Source of the DNA: Elusimicrobiota bacterium | GTDB lineage: Bacteria; Elusimicrobiota; Elusimicrobia; UBA1565; UBA9628 | Assembly (NCBI GenBank): GCA_026388095.1 | Contig: JAPLKL010000044.1 | Span: 3,993 to 67,992 of the forward strand | Direction: 5' to 3' | Length of the DNA stretch: 64,000 bases | In this document: piece by piece, positions 1-8,550 of the stretch | Layout of the letters: every line of letters begins with the position of its first letter | Position numbering within the stretch: the first letter of the stretch is position 1 | The notes under the pieces: generated by a model | Databases searched by the model: none | Told to the model about the DNA's origin: nothing | The model's input: the letters and a program-made list of their open reading frames with translations, nothing else | Program-made: the position numbers and the translations under genes

Positions 1-1088
1 AGCCAGGCGGCCAGGGCCGTCACCACGGCCACGAGGAGGCCGTTGACGAGCCCGGCCGCGACTTCGCCCCGGATGAAGCGCATGGAGTCCTGGAGGCGCA
101 CCTCGCGCATGACCAGGCCGCGCAGGGCGACGGAGAGGGACTGTATGCCGGCGTCGCGGCCTTGCCCCGAGACCACGGTCAGGAACACCGCGAGCACGGC
201 CATGCGCGCGATGAGGTCCTCGAATAAGGACACCACGCCTGCGGCCAGGAAGGTCATGGCCAGGTTGACGAAGAGCCAGGGCAGGCGGCGGGCTATCTTC
301 AGGCGCACCGGGGAGAGGGCCCGCTCCTCGCCGCCCGCGCCGAACAGCATCTGGATGCCCTTCGTGGCCTGCGACTCGCTCGACTCCAGGATGTCCTTGG
401 CGCGCACCGCGCCCATGAGTCGTTGGCGGGCATCCACCGCCGGGATGAATAGGTAGTTGCGCTCCCGGGCCAAGCGCACCAGCTCGGCGCGGTCCGTGAA
501 GGCGGGGACCGAGAAGACCTCGCGCATGATCTTCTCCAGGGGCTGGTCCGGCGCCGCCATGATAAGGTCGCGCATGTTCAAGACGCCCAGGAGGACGTTC
601 TCCGGCCCCACCACGTAGGCATAGCTGTGCGCCCGCTTGGTGGACTTGGCGCGCAGGCGCCCGATGACCTCGCGCACGGTCAGGTCCTTGTGAAAGGAGA
701 GGACCGAGGTCTTCATGAGCCGCCCGGCGCTGCCCTCCGGATAGATCAGCATCTCGCCGACCCGGCGCGAGAGCTCCGGGGGCAGGCCTTCCAGGACCCC
801 GTGGCGCGCCGGCTCGGGCAGGGCCCGGATGATGTCCGCGGCGTGGTCCGGCTCCATGTGCGCGAGGATGGAAGTCGCGGGCCCCGGCACCAGCTTCTGG
901 ATGACGGCGGCTGCGAAATCCGGCCGGGCGTGGTCCAGGCAGGACGCGCAGGCGCGCAGCGGCAAGCTGCAGAGGAGTATGGCCGCCTCGGCCTCGGGCA
1001 GGCCTTCCAGGGCCAGGGCCGCCTGCTGAGGGTCCACGTCGATGAACCGCTTGACCAAGGCGAAGGCGGCGTGCTGCTTGACGCTCAT
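1..1088 (-). CDS. mgtE: Magnesium transporter MgtE. N-terminal part only; the C-terminus runs off the window at position 1.
   Basis: Reverse-strand translation from ATG at 1086-1088 gives MSVKQHAAFALVKRFIDVDPQQAALALEGL... Then an MgtE N-domain, tandem CBS-like region (VIGRLRAKS...VGVLNMRDLI) and the start of the TM domain (RLPWLFVNLAMTFLAAGVVSLFE). No stop codon before the window edge. Confidence 0.8.
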   Translation of the reverse strand, partial: MSVKQHAAFALVKRFIDVDPQQAALALEGLPEAEAAILLCSLPLRACASCLDHARPDFAAAVIQKLVPGPATSILAHMEPDHAADIIRALPEPARHGVLEGLPPELSRRVGEMLIYPEGSAGRLMKTSVLSFHKDLTVREVIGRLRAKSTKRAHSYAYVVGPENVLLGVLNMRDLIMAAPDQPLEKIMREVFSVPAFTDRAELVRLARERNYLFIPAVDARQRLMGAVRAKDILESSESQATKGIQMLFGAGGEERALSPVRLKIARRLPWLFVNLAMTFLAAGVVSLFEDLIARMAVLAVFLTVVSGQGRDAGIQSLSVALRGLVMREVRLQDSMRFIRGEVAAGLVNGLLVAVVTALAAW

Positions 1089-1137
1089 GCGCGGACATCT
1101 TAACAAATCCGGGAAATGTTAGAATGGTGCCACCGCG

Positions 1138-1509
1138 ATGATCTGCACGTCCTGCAAGAAGACCGAGGCCGTGGTCTTCATCAAGCACATCATCAACAGC
1201 CAGGTCTCCCAGGCCGCGCTCTGCGCCGCCTGCGCGGCCGAGGCCCCTGTCCCTCTCAACCCCGTCAACCCCATGGCCGCCCTCCTGCAGCTCGCGGCCA
1301 AGGCCGGGGCGCCCCGCGCCAGGGTCCCGGCCCCGGCGCCCTGCTCCGGCTGCGGCGCGACCTGGACGGATTTCCGCGAGACCGGCCGCTTGGGCTGCGC
1401 GCGCTGCTACGACCATTTCGCGGCCCTCCTGCGGCCCCTCCTCCCCCGGGTCCACGCGGGCGCCACCGTCCATCGCGGCAAGGCCCCGCCTACCCCGCCC
1501 GGCCCATGA
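1138..1509 (+). CDS. mcsA: McsA-like activator of protein arginine kinase (zinc-finger UVR-motif protein).
   Basis: MICTSCKK...CAAC...CSGCG...GRLGCARCYDHFAALLRPLLPRVHAGATVHRGK matches the B. subtilis McsA layout (MICQEC...GRFGCSECY...LRKVHSGNTVHAGK). ATGA start/stop overlap with the downstream mcsB. Confidence 0.7.
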   Translation: MICTSCKKTEAVVFIKHIINSQVSQAALCAACAAEAPVPLNPVNPMAALLQLAAKAGAPRARVPAPAPCSGCGATWTDFRETGRLGCARCYDHFAALLRPLLPRVHAGATVHRGKAPPTPPGP

Positions 1510-2558
1510 ACCTCCAAGGGATGCTGCCCTGCCGCATGGGGTGGGTCCAGGCCGAGGGGCCCAGCGCCGACGTGGTGCTCGCCAGCCGCGTGCGCCTGGC
1601 GCGCAACCTCGCCGCGGTGCAGTTCCCGGGCCGGGCCAAGGCCGCGGCCCTCAAGGCCGCGCGCGAGCAGGTCTTCGCCGCGGCGCGGCGGACCACTCTC
1701 AAGGGCGCGGCTTATCTCGAGCTCGACGGGCTCGACGACGTGGACTTGAGGTTCCTGGCCGAACGCCACCTCATCAGCCCCGCCCTGGCCGGCCGGGCCG
1801 GCCAAGGCGGGGCGGTCGTCGACCCGCGCGAGTGCCTCAACCTCATGATCAACGAGGAGGACCACCTGCGCCTCTTCGCCCTGGCGCCGGGGCTGGACCT
1901 GCGCCGGGCCGCGCGCACGGCGGGCGGCCTGGACGACGAGCTGTCCCAAAGCCTCGACTTCGCCTTCCGGCGGGACTGGGGCTACTTGACCGCCTGCCCG
2001 ACCAATCTGGGCACGGGCATGCGCGCCTCGGCCTTGATGCACCTGGCCGGCCTGGGCCTGGCCGGCCTCATCAACACGCTGCTCGAGACCCTGCCCCGCG
2101 CGGGCCTCATCGCGCGCGGACTCTACGGGGAGGGCACCAAGGTGATGGGAGACTTCTTCCAGATATCCAACGCCACGGCTTTGGGCCGCACCGAGGCCGA
2201 GCTGGCGGCCGCGGTGGAGAGCGCGGCGGAGGCCCTGGTGCGGCGCGAGAAGGACGCTCGGCAGAAGCTGGCTGCGGGGCCCGACCGCGCCCGCATCGAG
2301 GACACCGTATACCGGGCCATCGGCGTCCTGACCGGGGCGCGCCTGCTGTCTTTTGAGGAATCCTGCCGCCATCTTTCGGCTCTGCGTCTGGGACTCTCGT
2401 TGGGCTGGGCGGTCCCAGGCGACTTCGCGACCGTCAACGAACTCATGATCCTGACCCAGCCCGCGCACCTCGCGATGCTGGCGGGCAAGCCCCTCGTCGA
2501 AGAAGACCAAGCCGCACTGCGGGCCTCTTTGGTCCGCCGGCGCCTGACCGGGAAATGA
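1506..2558 (+). CDS. mcsB: Protein arginine kinase McsB (ATP:guanido phosphotransferase family).
   Basis: 350 aa starting MNLQGMLPCRMGWVQAEGP. Conserved phosphagen-kinase motifs (NEEDHLRL, CPTNLGTGMRAS, LYGEGT). Translationally coupled to mcsA. Confidence 0.85.
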   Translation: MNLQGMLPCRMGWVQAEGPSADVVLASRVRLARNLAAVQFPGRAKAAALKAAREQVFAAARRTTLKGAAYLELDGLDDVDLRFLAERHLISPALAGRAGQGGAVVDPRECLNLMINEEDHLRLFALAPGLDLRRAARTAGGLDDELSQSLDFAFRRDWGYLTACPTNLGTGMRASALMHLAGLGLAGLINTLLETLPRAGLIARGLYGEGTKVMGDFFQISNATALGRTEAELAAAVESAAEALVRREKDARQKLAAGPDRARIEDTVYRAIGVLTGARLLSFEESCRHLSALRLGLSLGWAVPGDFATVNELMILTQPAHLAMLAGKPLVEEDQAALRASLVRRRLTGK

Positions 2559-2602
2559 CCCCCTCGAAAAATTGATAGACTAAAGGCCCACAGGAGAAAC
2601 CA

Positions 2603-3229
2603 ATGGCTTTCAGCTTTCTGCCCAAGGAAGAGAAGTTCTTCAAGCTCTTCGAGGCTCAGGCCGCCTACAACTGCAAGGCCGTCAAGGCGTTCAAGGAGCT
2701 GGTGAAGAACTGGGATGAGGATTCTCCCGCCTTCGAGTCCATCCGGGAGATCGAGCACGAGGCCGACATCACCACCCACGAGATCTACGACAAGCTCAAC
2801 CGGACCTTCATCACGCCCTTCGACCGGGAGGACATCCGCCAGTTGGCCGGCGAGATGGACGACATCGTGGACATGGTGCAGTCCCTGTGCAACCGCATGC
2901 ACCTCTACCATATCCACAACTCCACCCCCGACCTCGTGCAGCTCATCGACATACTGGATCAATCGGTCGACGCCATCCGCAAGGCCATCGGAGATCTCCA
3001 GGACAAGGACAAGACCCGCCGCGTGCTGGACTACTGCATCGAGATCAACCGCCTGGAGAACACCGGGGACCATGCTCGCGACATGGCCCTGAGCAAGCTC
3101 TTCGAGGGCCAGCCCGATCCCATCGATGTGATGAAATGGAAGGAGATCTACGAGTTGGTCGAGTCCGCCCTGGACAAATGCGAGGACATCGCCAACACCA
3201 TCGAGACCATCCTGGTCAAGCAGGCCTGA
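2603..3229 (+). CDS. DUF47 (PhoU-like) family protein, putative phosphate-transport regulator.
   Basis: 208 aa. MAFSFLPKEEKFFKLFEAQA...IREIEHEADITTHEIYDKLNRTFITPFDREDI is typical of the TIGR00153/PF01865 family. Confidence 0.75.
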   Translation: MAFSFLPKEEKFFKLFEAQAAYNCKAVKAFKELVKNWDEDSPAFESIREIEHEADITTHEIYDKLNRTFITPFDREDIRQLAGEMDDIVDMVQSLCNRMHLYHIHNSTPDLVQLIDILDQSVDAIRKAIGDLQDKDKTRRVLDYCIEINRLENTGDHARDMALSKLFEGQPDPIDVMKWKEIYELVESALDKCEDIANTIETILVKQA

Positions 3230-3238
3230 GGACCTCTC

Positions 3239-3832
3239 ATGGGCCAGCTCCTGGCGCTCCAGCAGGCTGAGATCAGGCTGTCGGCGGTCAGCGTCCGCGT
3301 CGTCGTCCTATCCCGGATGCTCGAAGACCTTCTGTTCCGCGCCCAGCGCATGTCCCGGGCCTTGAAGGACGACGCCGGGGCCGATGCCGCGGACTCCACG
3401 TTCGGCCGCGACCTGCAGGCCCTGCGCGGCGACGTGCACGTCTTCGGCCGGGATTCCGCGGGCCTCTCCGCCGCGCTCGCAGGCATCGAGCCTCCAGCCG
3501 GCCGCGGCGAGCCGTCTTCGGCCCGCGTCCAGGCCGTCAGGCGCCTGACCCACCGGCTGCACCGGAGCCTGGCCGCGCTCCTGGACCAGGCCGTGCTGGC
3601 GCATCGGCACCTGCTCGAGGCCGAGCACAAGGTGGAGGCCTGGGGCCTGGTGGAGGAGCTGGGGGCCGTTTCCCAGCAGGCCCAGGTGCTTGCCGGCATC
3701 GCCAACCGGCTGCTCGCGGCGGCGGGCGGCGGGACGTGTTCTCCCGAGCCGACGCTGCGCCTGCGGGCGGCGGTCCCGCTGCGGCCTATGGGGCGGCTGA
3801 TCGTGAGCCCGCCGAGCCCCCAGCAGGCTTAG
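3239..3832 (+). CDS. Hypothetical protein (alpha-helical, no recognisable domain).
   Basis: 197-aa ORF with strong GC3 bias consistent with real coding. Sits right after the DUF47 gene. The opposite-strand ORFs here are S/R/A-rich artefacts. Confidence 0.45.
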   Translation: MGQLLALQQAEIRLSAVSVRVVVLSRMLEDLLFRAQRMSRALKDDAGADAADSTFGRDLQALRGDVHVFGRDSAGLSAALAGIEPPAGRGEPSSARVQAVRRLTHRLHRSLAALLDQAVLAHRHLLEAEHKVEAWGLVEELGAVSQQAQVLAGIANRLLAAAGGGTCSPEPTLRLRAAVPLRPMGRLIVSPPSPQQA

Positions 3833-3848
3833 CGGCGCGGCGCGCTCA

Positions 3849-4331
3849 TCATTCGACGCGGATGCTGACGATGGCGTCGTTCTGCCTGATGGCGTCGACG
3901 ACGTCCTGGCCCGCGGTCACCTGGCCGAAGACCGTGTGGATGCCATCGAGGTGCGGCGTGGGGCAGTGGGTGATGAAGAACTGGGAGCCGTTGGAGCATA
4001 TCCCCGAGAGCTTCCGGCCCGAAGCGGGGTCGTGCTCGCAGGAGCCGGCGTGGGCCATGGAGAGGGTGCCCTTGCCGTGCTTGAGCTTGGGCCGGATCTC
4101 GCACTCGATCTTGTAGCCCGGCCCGCCCGTGCCCACGGCCGGCCCCCCGTCGCGGCTCAAGGGGTCGCCGCCCTGGATCATGAAGTCCTTGATGACCCGG
4201 TGCCACTTCTGCCCGTCATAGTACTTGGAGTTGGCGAGATTCTCGAAGTTCAAGACGGTGCCGGGGCACTCGGCGTCGAAGAGCTTGAGTTTGATGGTTC
4301 CGCGGCTGGTCACGATGGTGGCTGTCTTCAT
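3849..4331 (-). CDS. ppiB: Peptidyl-prolyl cis-trans isomerase, cyclophilin type.
   Basis: 160 aa. [14 protein letters not shown]...GTLSMAHAG...SNGSQFFI...[11 protein letters not shown] are cyclophilin signature stretches. Confidence 0.9.
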   Translation of the reverse strand: MKTATIVTSRGTIKLKLFDAECPGTVLNFENLANSKYYDGQKWHRVIKDFMIQGGDPLSRDGGPAVGTGGPGYKIECEIRPKLKHGKGTLSMAHAGSCEHDPASGRKLSGICSNGSQFFITHCPTPHLDGIHTVFGQVTAGQDVVDAIRQNDAIVSIRVE

Positions 4332-4419
4332 GGAATGAGCCTAGCAAAATTTTATGAGGAATTGACGGGGTGCTGGCCGGATGGTAGTATAGGTCCCTCA
4401 CCCCCAAAGGAGCGAAAGC

Positions 4420-5451
4420 ATGAGAGCTTTGGTCAAGAAGAAGAAGGAGAAGGGCCTTTGGCTGGAGGACGTGCCCGAGCCGTCCATCGGAGACCACGAC
4501 GTCCTCATCAAGATCCGGCAGACCGCCATCTGCGGCACTGACGTGCATATCCACCAATGGGACGAGTGGGCGCAGAAGACCATCCCCGTGCCTATGCACG
4601 TGGGCCACGAGTTCGTGGGCGAGATCGCCAAGCTGGGCCCGGCGGTGCAGGGGTTGAGCGTCGGCGAGAAGGTCTCCGGCGAGGGGCATCTGGTCTGCGG
4701 CCACTGCCGCAACTGCCGCGCCGGCCACCGGCACCTCTGCATCAACACCAAGGGCATCGGCGTCAACCGACCGGGCTGCTTCGCCGAATACCTGGCCTTG
4801 CCCGCCGAGAACGTGTTCCCCATCCCGCACGGCGTGACCGACGACGAAGCCTCCATCCTCGATCCCCTGGGCAACGCGGTGCACACGGCTTTGGCCTTCG
4901 ACCTGGTCGGCGAGGACGTGCTCATCACGGGCGCCGGCCCCATCGGCATCATGGCCGCGGCCATCGCCAAGCACGTGGGCGCGCGCCACGTGGTCATCAC
5001 GGATATCAACGAGTACCGGCTGGAGCTGGCCCGCAAGGTTGGCGTGGAGAACGCCGTGGACGTGCGCACCCAGAAGCTGTCGGACGTCATGAAGAAGCTG
5101 CGCATGACCGAGGGCTTCGACGTGGGCCTGGAGATGTCCGGCAGCCCGGCCGCCTTCAACAGCATGATCGAGGTCCTCAAGATGGGGGCCAACGTGGCCC
5201 TGCTGGGCCTCCTGCCCCAGAGCACCACCATCCCCTGGAACCAGGTCATCTTCAAGGCGTTCACTCTCAAGGGCATCTACGGCCGGGAGATGTTCGAGAC
5301 CTGGTACAAGATGTGCGCCATGCTGCAGAGCGGCTTGGATATCAAGCCGGTCATCACGCACCGCTTTCCCTTCCAGGATTACGAGAAGGGCTTCGCGGCC
5401 ATGATTTCCGGCAAGTCCGGCAAGGTCATCCTGGACTGGACTCGGGCCTAA
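4420..5451 (+). CDS. tdh: L-threonine 3-dehydrogenase (zinc-dependent MDR family).
   Basis: 343 aa. MRALVKKK...CGTDVHI...GHEFVGEI...[19 protein letters not shown]...[20 protein letters not shown] is near-canonical Tdh. Confidence 0.9.
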   Translation: MRALVKKKKEKGLWLEDVPEPSIGDHDVLIKIRQTAICGTDVHIHQWDEWAQKTIPVPMHVGHEFVGEIAKLGPAVQGLSVGEKVSGEGHLVCGHCRNCRAGHRHLCINTKGIGVNRPGCFAEYLALPAENVFPIPHGVTDDEASILDPLGNAVHTALAFDLVGEDVLITGAGPIGIMAAAIAKHVGARHVVITDINEYRLELARKVGVENAVDVRTQKLSDVMKKLRMTEGFDVGLEMSGSPAAFNSMIEVLKMGANVALLGLLPQSTTIPWNQVIFKAFTLKGIYGREMFETWYKMCAMLQSGLDIKPVITHRFPFQDYEKGFAAMISGKSGKVILDWTRA

Positions 5452-5482
5452 GGTCCGTCAGAGTATCTCGGCGAGGAAGGCC

Positions 5483-5746
5483 TTATGCCGCGTCGCGCAG
5501 AAGCGTGGCGTTGATGAAGGTTTGATACCCGATGCCAAGATGCCTGGCCCGAGCCCGAGCCCATTGGAGCACTTTCGGGTGAAGCCGGATGTGAACGTCT
5601 TGGTACTTGTCCGGGCCCTTGAGAGGTCGGCCGCGGGCGGGCCGCTTGATCTGGAACGTGTTTTCAATCGCCTTCCGAAAAGTCGCAGTTTCTTTGGAAG
5701 TAACCCGGCGCGCCTTAGAGAAGTCAAACCCCTTTGAGTTGCGCAT
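5483..5746 (-). CDS. brnA: BrnA antitoxin (CopG-like RHH, DUF4415).
   Basis: Begins MRNSKGFDFSKARRV...YQTFINATLLRDAA. A GGAGG RBS lies upstream and the start overlaps the brnT 3' end by 23 nt. The annotated ORF start at 5857 is an upstream extension. Confidence 0.75.
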   Translation of the reverse strand: MRNSKGFDFSKARRVTSKETATFRKAIENTFQIKRPARGRPLKGPDKYQDVHIRLHPKVLQWARARARHLGIGYQTFINATLLRDAA

Positions 5747-6023
5747 AGTTCCTCCTCTCTTTTTGATTTGCTCGCCGCGCGCTGATGATTCGTATCCTGC
5801 GGCCTGGGGAGCGAACGGTGAACACGACAACCAGGATGCCTGAGCCGGAATCTCCAATCAGCCATTGCCTTTTTTCGTCGTGAGAATGTCTCGCATCGTC
5901 CAGGATGAAGGCGCAAGGGTCATCGAACGCGAACGTCGCCGTCCTAAAATCAATTCCATGTTTGAGAGCGTTCTGCTGCGCCTTTTCATTGTGCCATTCG
6001 AACGTCATATTTATAGTGTACAC
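5724..6023 (-). CDS. brnT: BrnT toxin (RelE-like ribonuclease, DUF497).
   Basis: 99 aa. MTFEWHNEKAQQNALKHGIDFRTATFAFDDPCAFILDD...IRIISARRANQKERRNY matches the BrnT family pattern. Toxin-first gene order as in brnTA loci. Confidence 0.8.
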   Translation of the reverse strand: MYTINMTFEWHNEKAQQNALKHGIDFRTATFAFDDPCAFILDDARHSHDEKRQWLIGDSGSGILVVVFTVRSPGRRIRIISARRANQKERRNYAQLKGV

Positions 6024-6138
6024 TGAAATTATTCGCGGGTCAAGAGGTCGTCAAGGTGGGCGTTTTTGGACTACGAGAATGACGTGATGCCACCATGTTA
6101 TTTTCTTGATTGCGCCGGCTGTTGTGGCGCTTCTTAAA

Positions 6139-6486
6139 TCAGTCGTCTTTGGCCAGCGCTTTCAGGACGCGCAACACTTGGTCGCGGCGTTTGGGGGGCA
6201 TCTCCTTGACCATGGCGCCCAGCTTGCCGGCCCAGCCGTCATCGGGAGACTTGTGGGGCGGGATGTCGGAGAAAAGCCGGGCGATGGGGACCCCCAGGAC
6301 GTCGGCCAGCCTCTTGACCACGCTGATGCTGGGGATTGCCTTCCCGTGTTCGATGCGGCTGAGGTGGCCAGTGTCCATGGCCGCGGCTTCGGCCAGCTCC
6401 TGCTGCGTGAAATGGCGGGCCTTTCGTTCCTCTTGGATTCGGCGCCCCAGCAGGGTATAGACCTCGGCCATTGATGGAGTCGGCAT
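6139..6486 (-). CDS. XRE-family helix-turn-helix transcriptional regulator.
   Basis: LLGRRIQEERKARHFTQQELAEAAAMDTGHLSRIEHGKAIPSISVVKRLADVLGVPIARLF is a classic Cro/C1-type HTH. An AT-rich divergent promoter region follows at 6487-6760. Confidence 0.8.
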   Translation of the reverse strand: MPTPSMAEVYTLLGRRIQEERKARHFTQQELAEAAAMDTGHLSRIEHGKAIPSISVVKRLADVLGVPIARLFSDIPPHKSPDDGWAGKLGAMVKEMPPKRRDQVLRVLKALAKDD

Positions 6487-6760
6487 CTATCAATTTTACG
6501 CGAGTAGATGGCGTTATGATAATGGCGTGAATAGCAATTCATATAATTGACATACAAACAACTGATTAGATATATTCAATCCAGCACCAGGGATGCCACA
6601 TCGTTGCCGCTATTTCATGCGGGCCGCACGGAATCAGGCTGCTAGGCTCTGGGGGAGTGTTGTTATGCGGGACAGCAGGAGGCGTATGCACCATACAAAA
6701 AGGAAAGATGGCGTCTTTAACCTACATTCCGCAACTCGCGGGCAGCGCATGGGGGAGACT

Positions 6761-7435
6761 ATGCAAAGAGAAGGTGCGGCGCATCAAATGTTCCTAACGC
6801 TGATAATGGCATACGTCGCGGGCTTTTGTTTGCCTCTGTCCGCAGCGGCGGAAACAGGAGCCGCCTTCCCGGTGCAACGTGCCAGCCTGGAAAATCCGGC
6901 TGCCGACGCCGCACGATGGAAAACGGTTCACCAGTTGGAAATTCATGCGGGTCCTATGTATCCAATTTCAGCCGATAGCGGGATTTCAGCTGACCAGGGG
7001 ACGATGTTCGGAGGAGCTTATCTGGCGCAGCTTTCTCGCCACTTTGCCATAGGCGTTGAGTTGGACAGCCTCGACTTCGACTTCAAGAATGCATCATTTG
7101 GAGCAGGAAAATACCATTTCCAGGCTCTCTCATATTTGTTGATCGGGGAACTCGGTTCGTCCTTCGTGGAAGAGCGTTTCGGCTATGGAGTCAGATTTGG
7201 CTTGGGCGGCAACCATACCACAATAAAAGGCAGGGGCAGTGTCGACTTCCGCGAAGCGGGCGAGTATCCCATGGCCATGATCGGCGCAGGGCTATGGTAT
7301 TCGCCGGTAAAGCCTCTGCGATGTGACGTCCGCTATGGAGCCCGGCTTTTTGAATTGGAACCGCGAGCCCAGAGCAGGCTGGGTGTCGCCAACGAACTTG
7401 TTTTCGCGCTTTCGGCCCGCTTCGGCGGGAAATGA
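6761..7435 (+). CDS. Outer-membrane beta-barrel protein (OmpA-like/porin family) with signal peptide.
   Basis: Starts MQREGAAHQMFLTLIMAYVAGFCLPLSAAAE (signal peptide). Alternating beta-strand pattern and a C-terminal ...FALSARF aromatic end. The first 56 codons of the annotated ORF are probably not translated. Confidence 0.6.
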   Translation: MQREGAAHQMFLTLIMAYVAGFCLPLSAAAETGAAFPVQRASLENPAADAARWKTVHQLEIHAGPMYPISADSGISADQGTMFGGAYLAQLSRHFAIGVELDSLDFDFKNASFGAGKYHFQALSYLLIGELGSSFVEERFGYGVRFGLGGNHTTIKGRGSVDFREAGEYPMAMIGAGLWYSPVKPLRCDVRYGARLFELEPRAQSRLGVANELVFALSARFGGK

Positions 7436-7455
7436 CGATCAAGGAGCAAAATAAA

Positions 7456-7803
7456 ATGAAAAAAACCGCATTGCTAATGGCAGCGTTGGCTCTGGGGCTG
7501 GCTGGCTGCACATACTACCTTCCTCACCAGATGGCCGCGTCCAACGTACCGATCAACCCGCCCAGCTACGAGGTAGTAGGGCCGGCAGCCGGAGAATCCT
7601 GTCGTTCTCTATTGCTCACCATAATACCCGTGGGAGGCAGTAACCGCCTGCAAGCTGCTATTGACGCGGCGCTCAAGAAATCCGGAGGCGATGCTCTGAT
7701 TGAAGTGACTTCGGACTACAAGGTGCTCTATGTTTATCCTTTCTTTGCTCAGCATTGCACGCTCGTCAATGGGCTGGCGATCAAAAGACAGCAGGGGCGG
7801 TAG
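7456..7803 (+). CDS. TRL-like lipoprotein.
   Basis: MKKTALLMAALALGLAGC lipobox with an AAGGAG RBS 9 nt upstream. The C-terminal SGGDALIEVTSDYKVLYVYPFFAQHCTLVNGLAIK resembles the TRL-like (PF13146) family. Confidence 0.55.
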   Translation: MKKTALLMAALALGLAGCTYYLPHQMAASNVPINPPSYEVVGPAAGESCRSLLLTIIPVGGSNRLQAAIDAALKKSGGDALIEVTSDYKVLYVYPFFAQHCTLVNGLAIKRQQGR

Positions 7804-7952
7804 ACCTCACCATTTCGGGCAAAGCACAGCTCAGAGACCTGTCCGAGTAATATGGTTCCCATCCCCGTTTTGCAACTTTGGAAGGGGGGGGTGGCGAGGC
7901 GACTTGGCCAAAATGGGGCTGTTTAGCCTACAACCACGAGGAGGGAAAAACA

Positions 7953-8249
7953 ATGAAAAAACTAGCACGGGGTCTTTCGGTCTTGGTGGTGGCGATTGTC
8001 GCCGCTGTTGCGCTTAGTGGATGTGGTCTCATTATCAGCAGCACCTGGCACTCAGGATCACAAGTTGTTTCGGCAGAGGGAAACTGCATGCGGATGTGCG
8101 AGAATACTTATGAATCGTGCTCTACAGGGTGCAAGGTTCAAAGCAGCCCCCTGGATCTGCTTCTTTGGGACCCGTGTAACGACGGTTGTCACGATAAGCG
8201 AGAAAACTGCTACCTCGGTTGCCCTGGTGTGGTAAAGAAAGCAAAGTGA
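7953..8249 (+). CDS. Small cysteine-rich lipoprotein.
   Basis: MKKLARGLSVLVVAIVAAVALSGC lipobox with a GGAGGG RBS. The mature part contains 9 Cys (CMRMCENTYESCSTGC...CNDGCHDKRENCYLGC). Confidence 0.55.
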   Translation: MKKLARGLSVLVVAIVAAVALSGCGLIISSTWHSGSQVVSAEGNCMRMCENTYESCSTGCKVQSSPLDLLLWDPCNDGCHDKRENCYLGCPGVVKKAK

Positions 8250-8550
8250 ATCAGGCGGAAAGCCTGCGCCAGACACAATGAAAGGAGTCGGCACATTAGA
8301 GCTATCGAGAAACTCTATCAAGCACTGCCCCTGATCCGTGGGCAAGCATGCAACGGGTTTGCTAACGATTAATCCCCCAAGTCCTTGGAGCCGAAGGATT
8401 GTAGTGCTTATTGCTCCAGCTGGACACTTTCAGACCGGCGCCAACACCTTCCCGGCTCTCGCCGCGCCGGGATATAAGCCAAAAATATTATAATGCAGCC
8501 ACGAGGACCCGCGCGGGCCTCCATCAGGCGCATTCCGACCGAGGGATGAC

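Noticed and set aside
1407-2510. 367-aa minus-strand ORF overlapping mcsB, and many similar long ORFs antisense to well-supported genes. Examples: 4216-5361, 9030-10169, 10627-12330, 12233-14218, 14762-16258, 16598-18160, 19683-20897, 20936-22429, 22526-24409, 24735-28013, 34772-35854, 36771-37982, 40864-43206, 45694-46743, 52797-53516, 55880-56857.
   Set aside because: These are Arg/Gly/Pro/Ala-rich low-complexity translations with no recognisable motifs, typical of high-GC antisense frames. In every case the opposite strand encodes a protein with clear family signatures.
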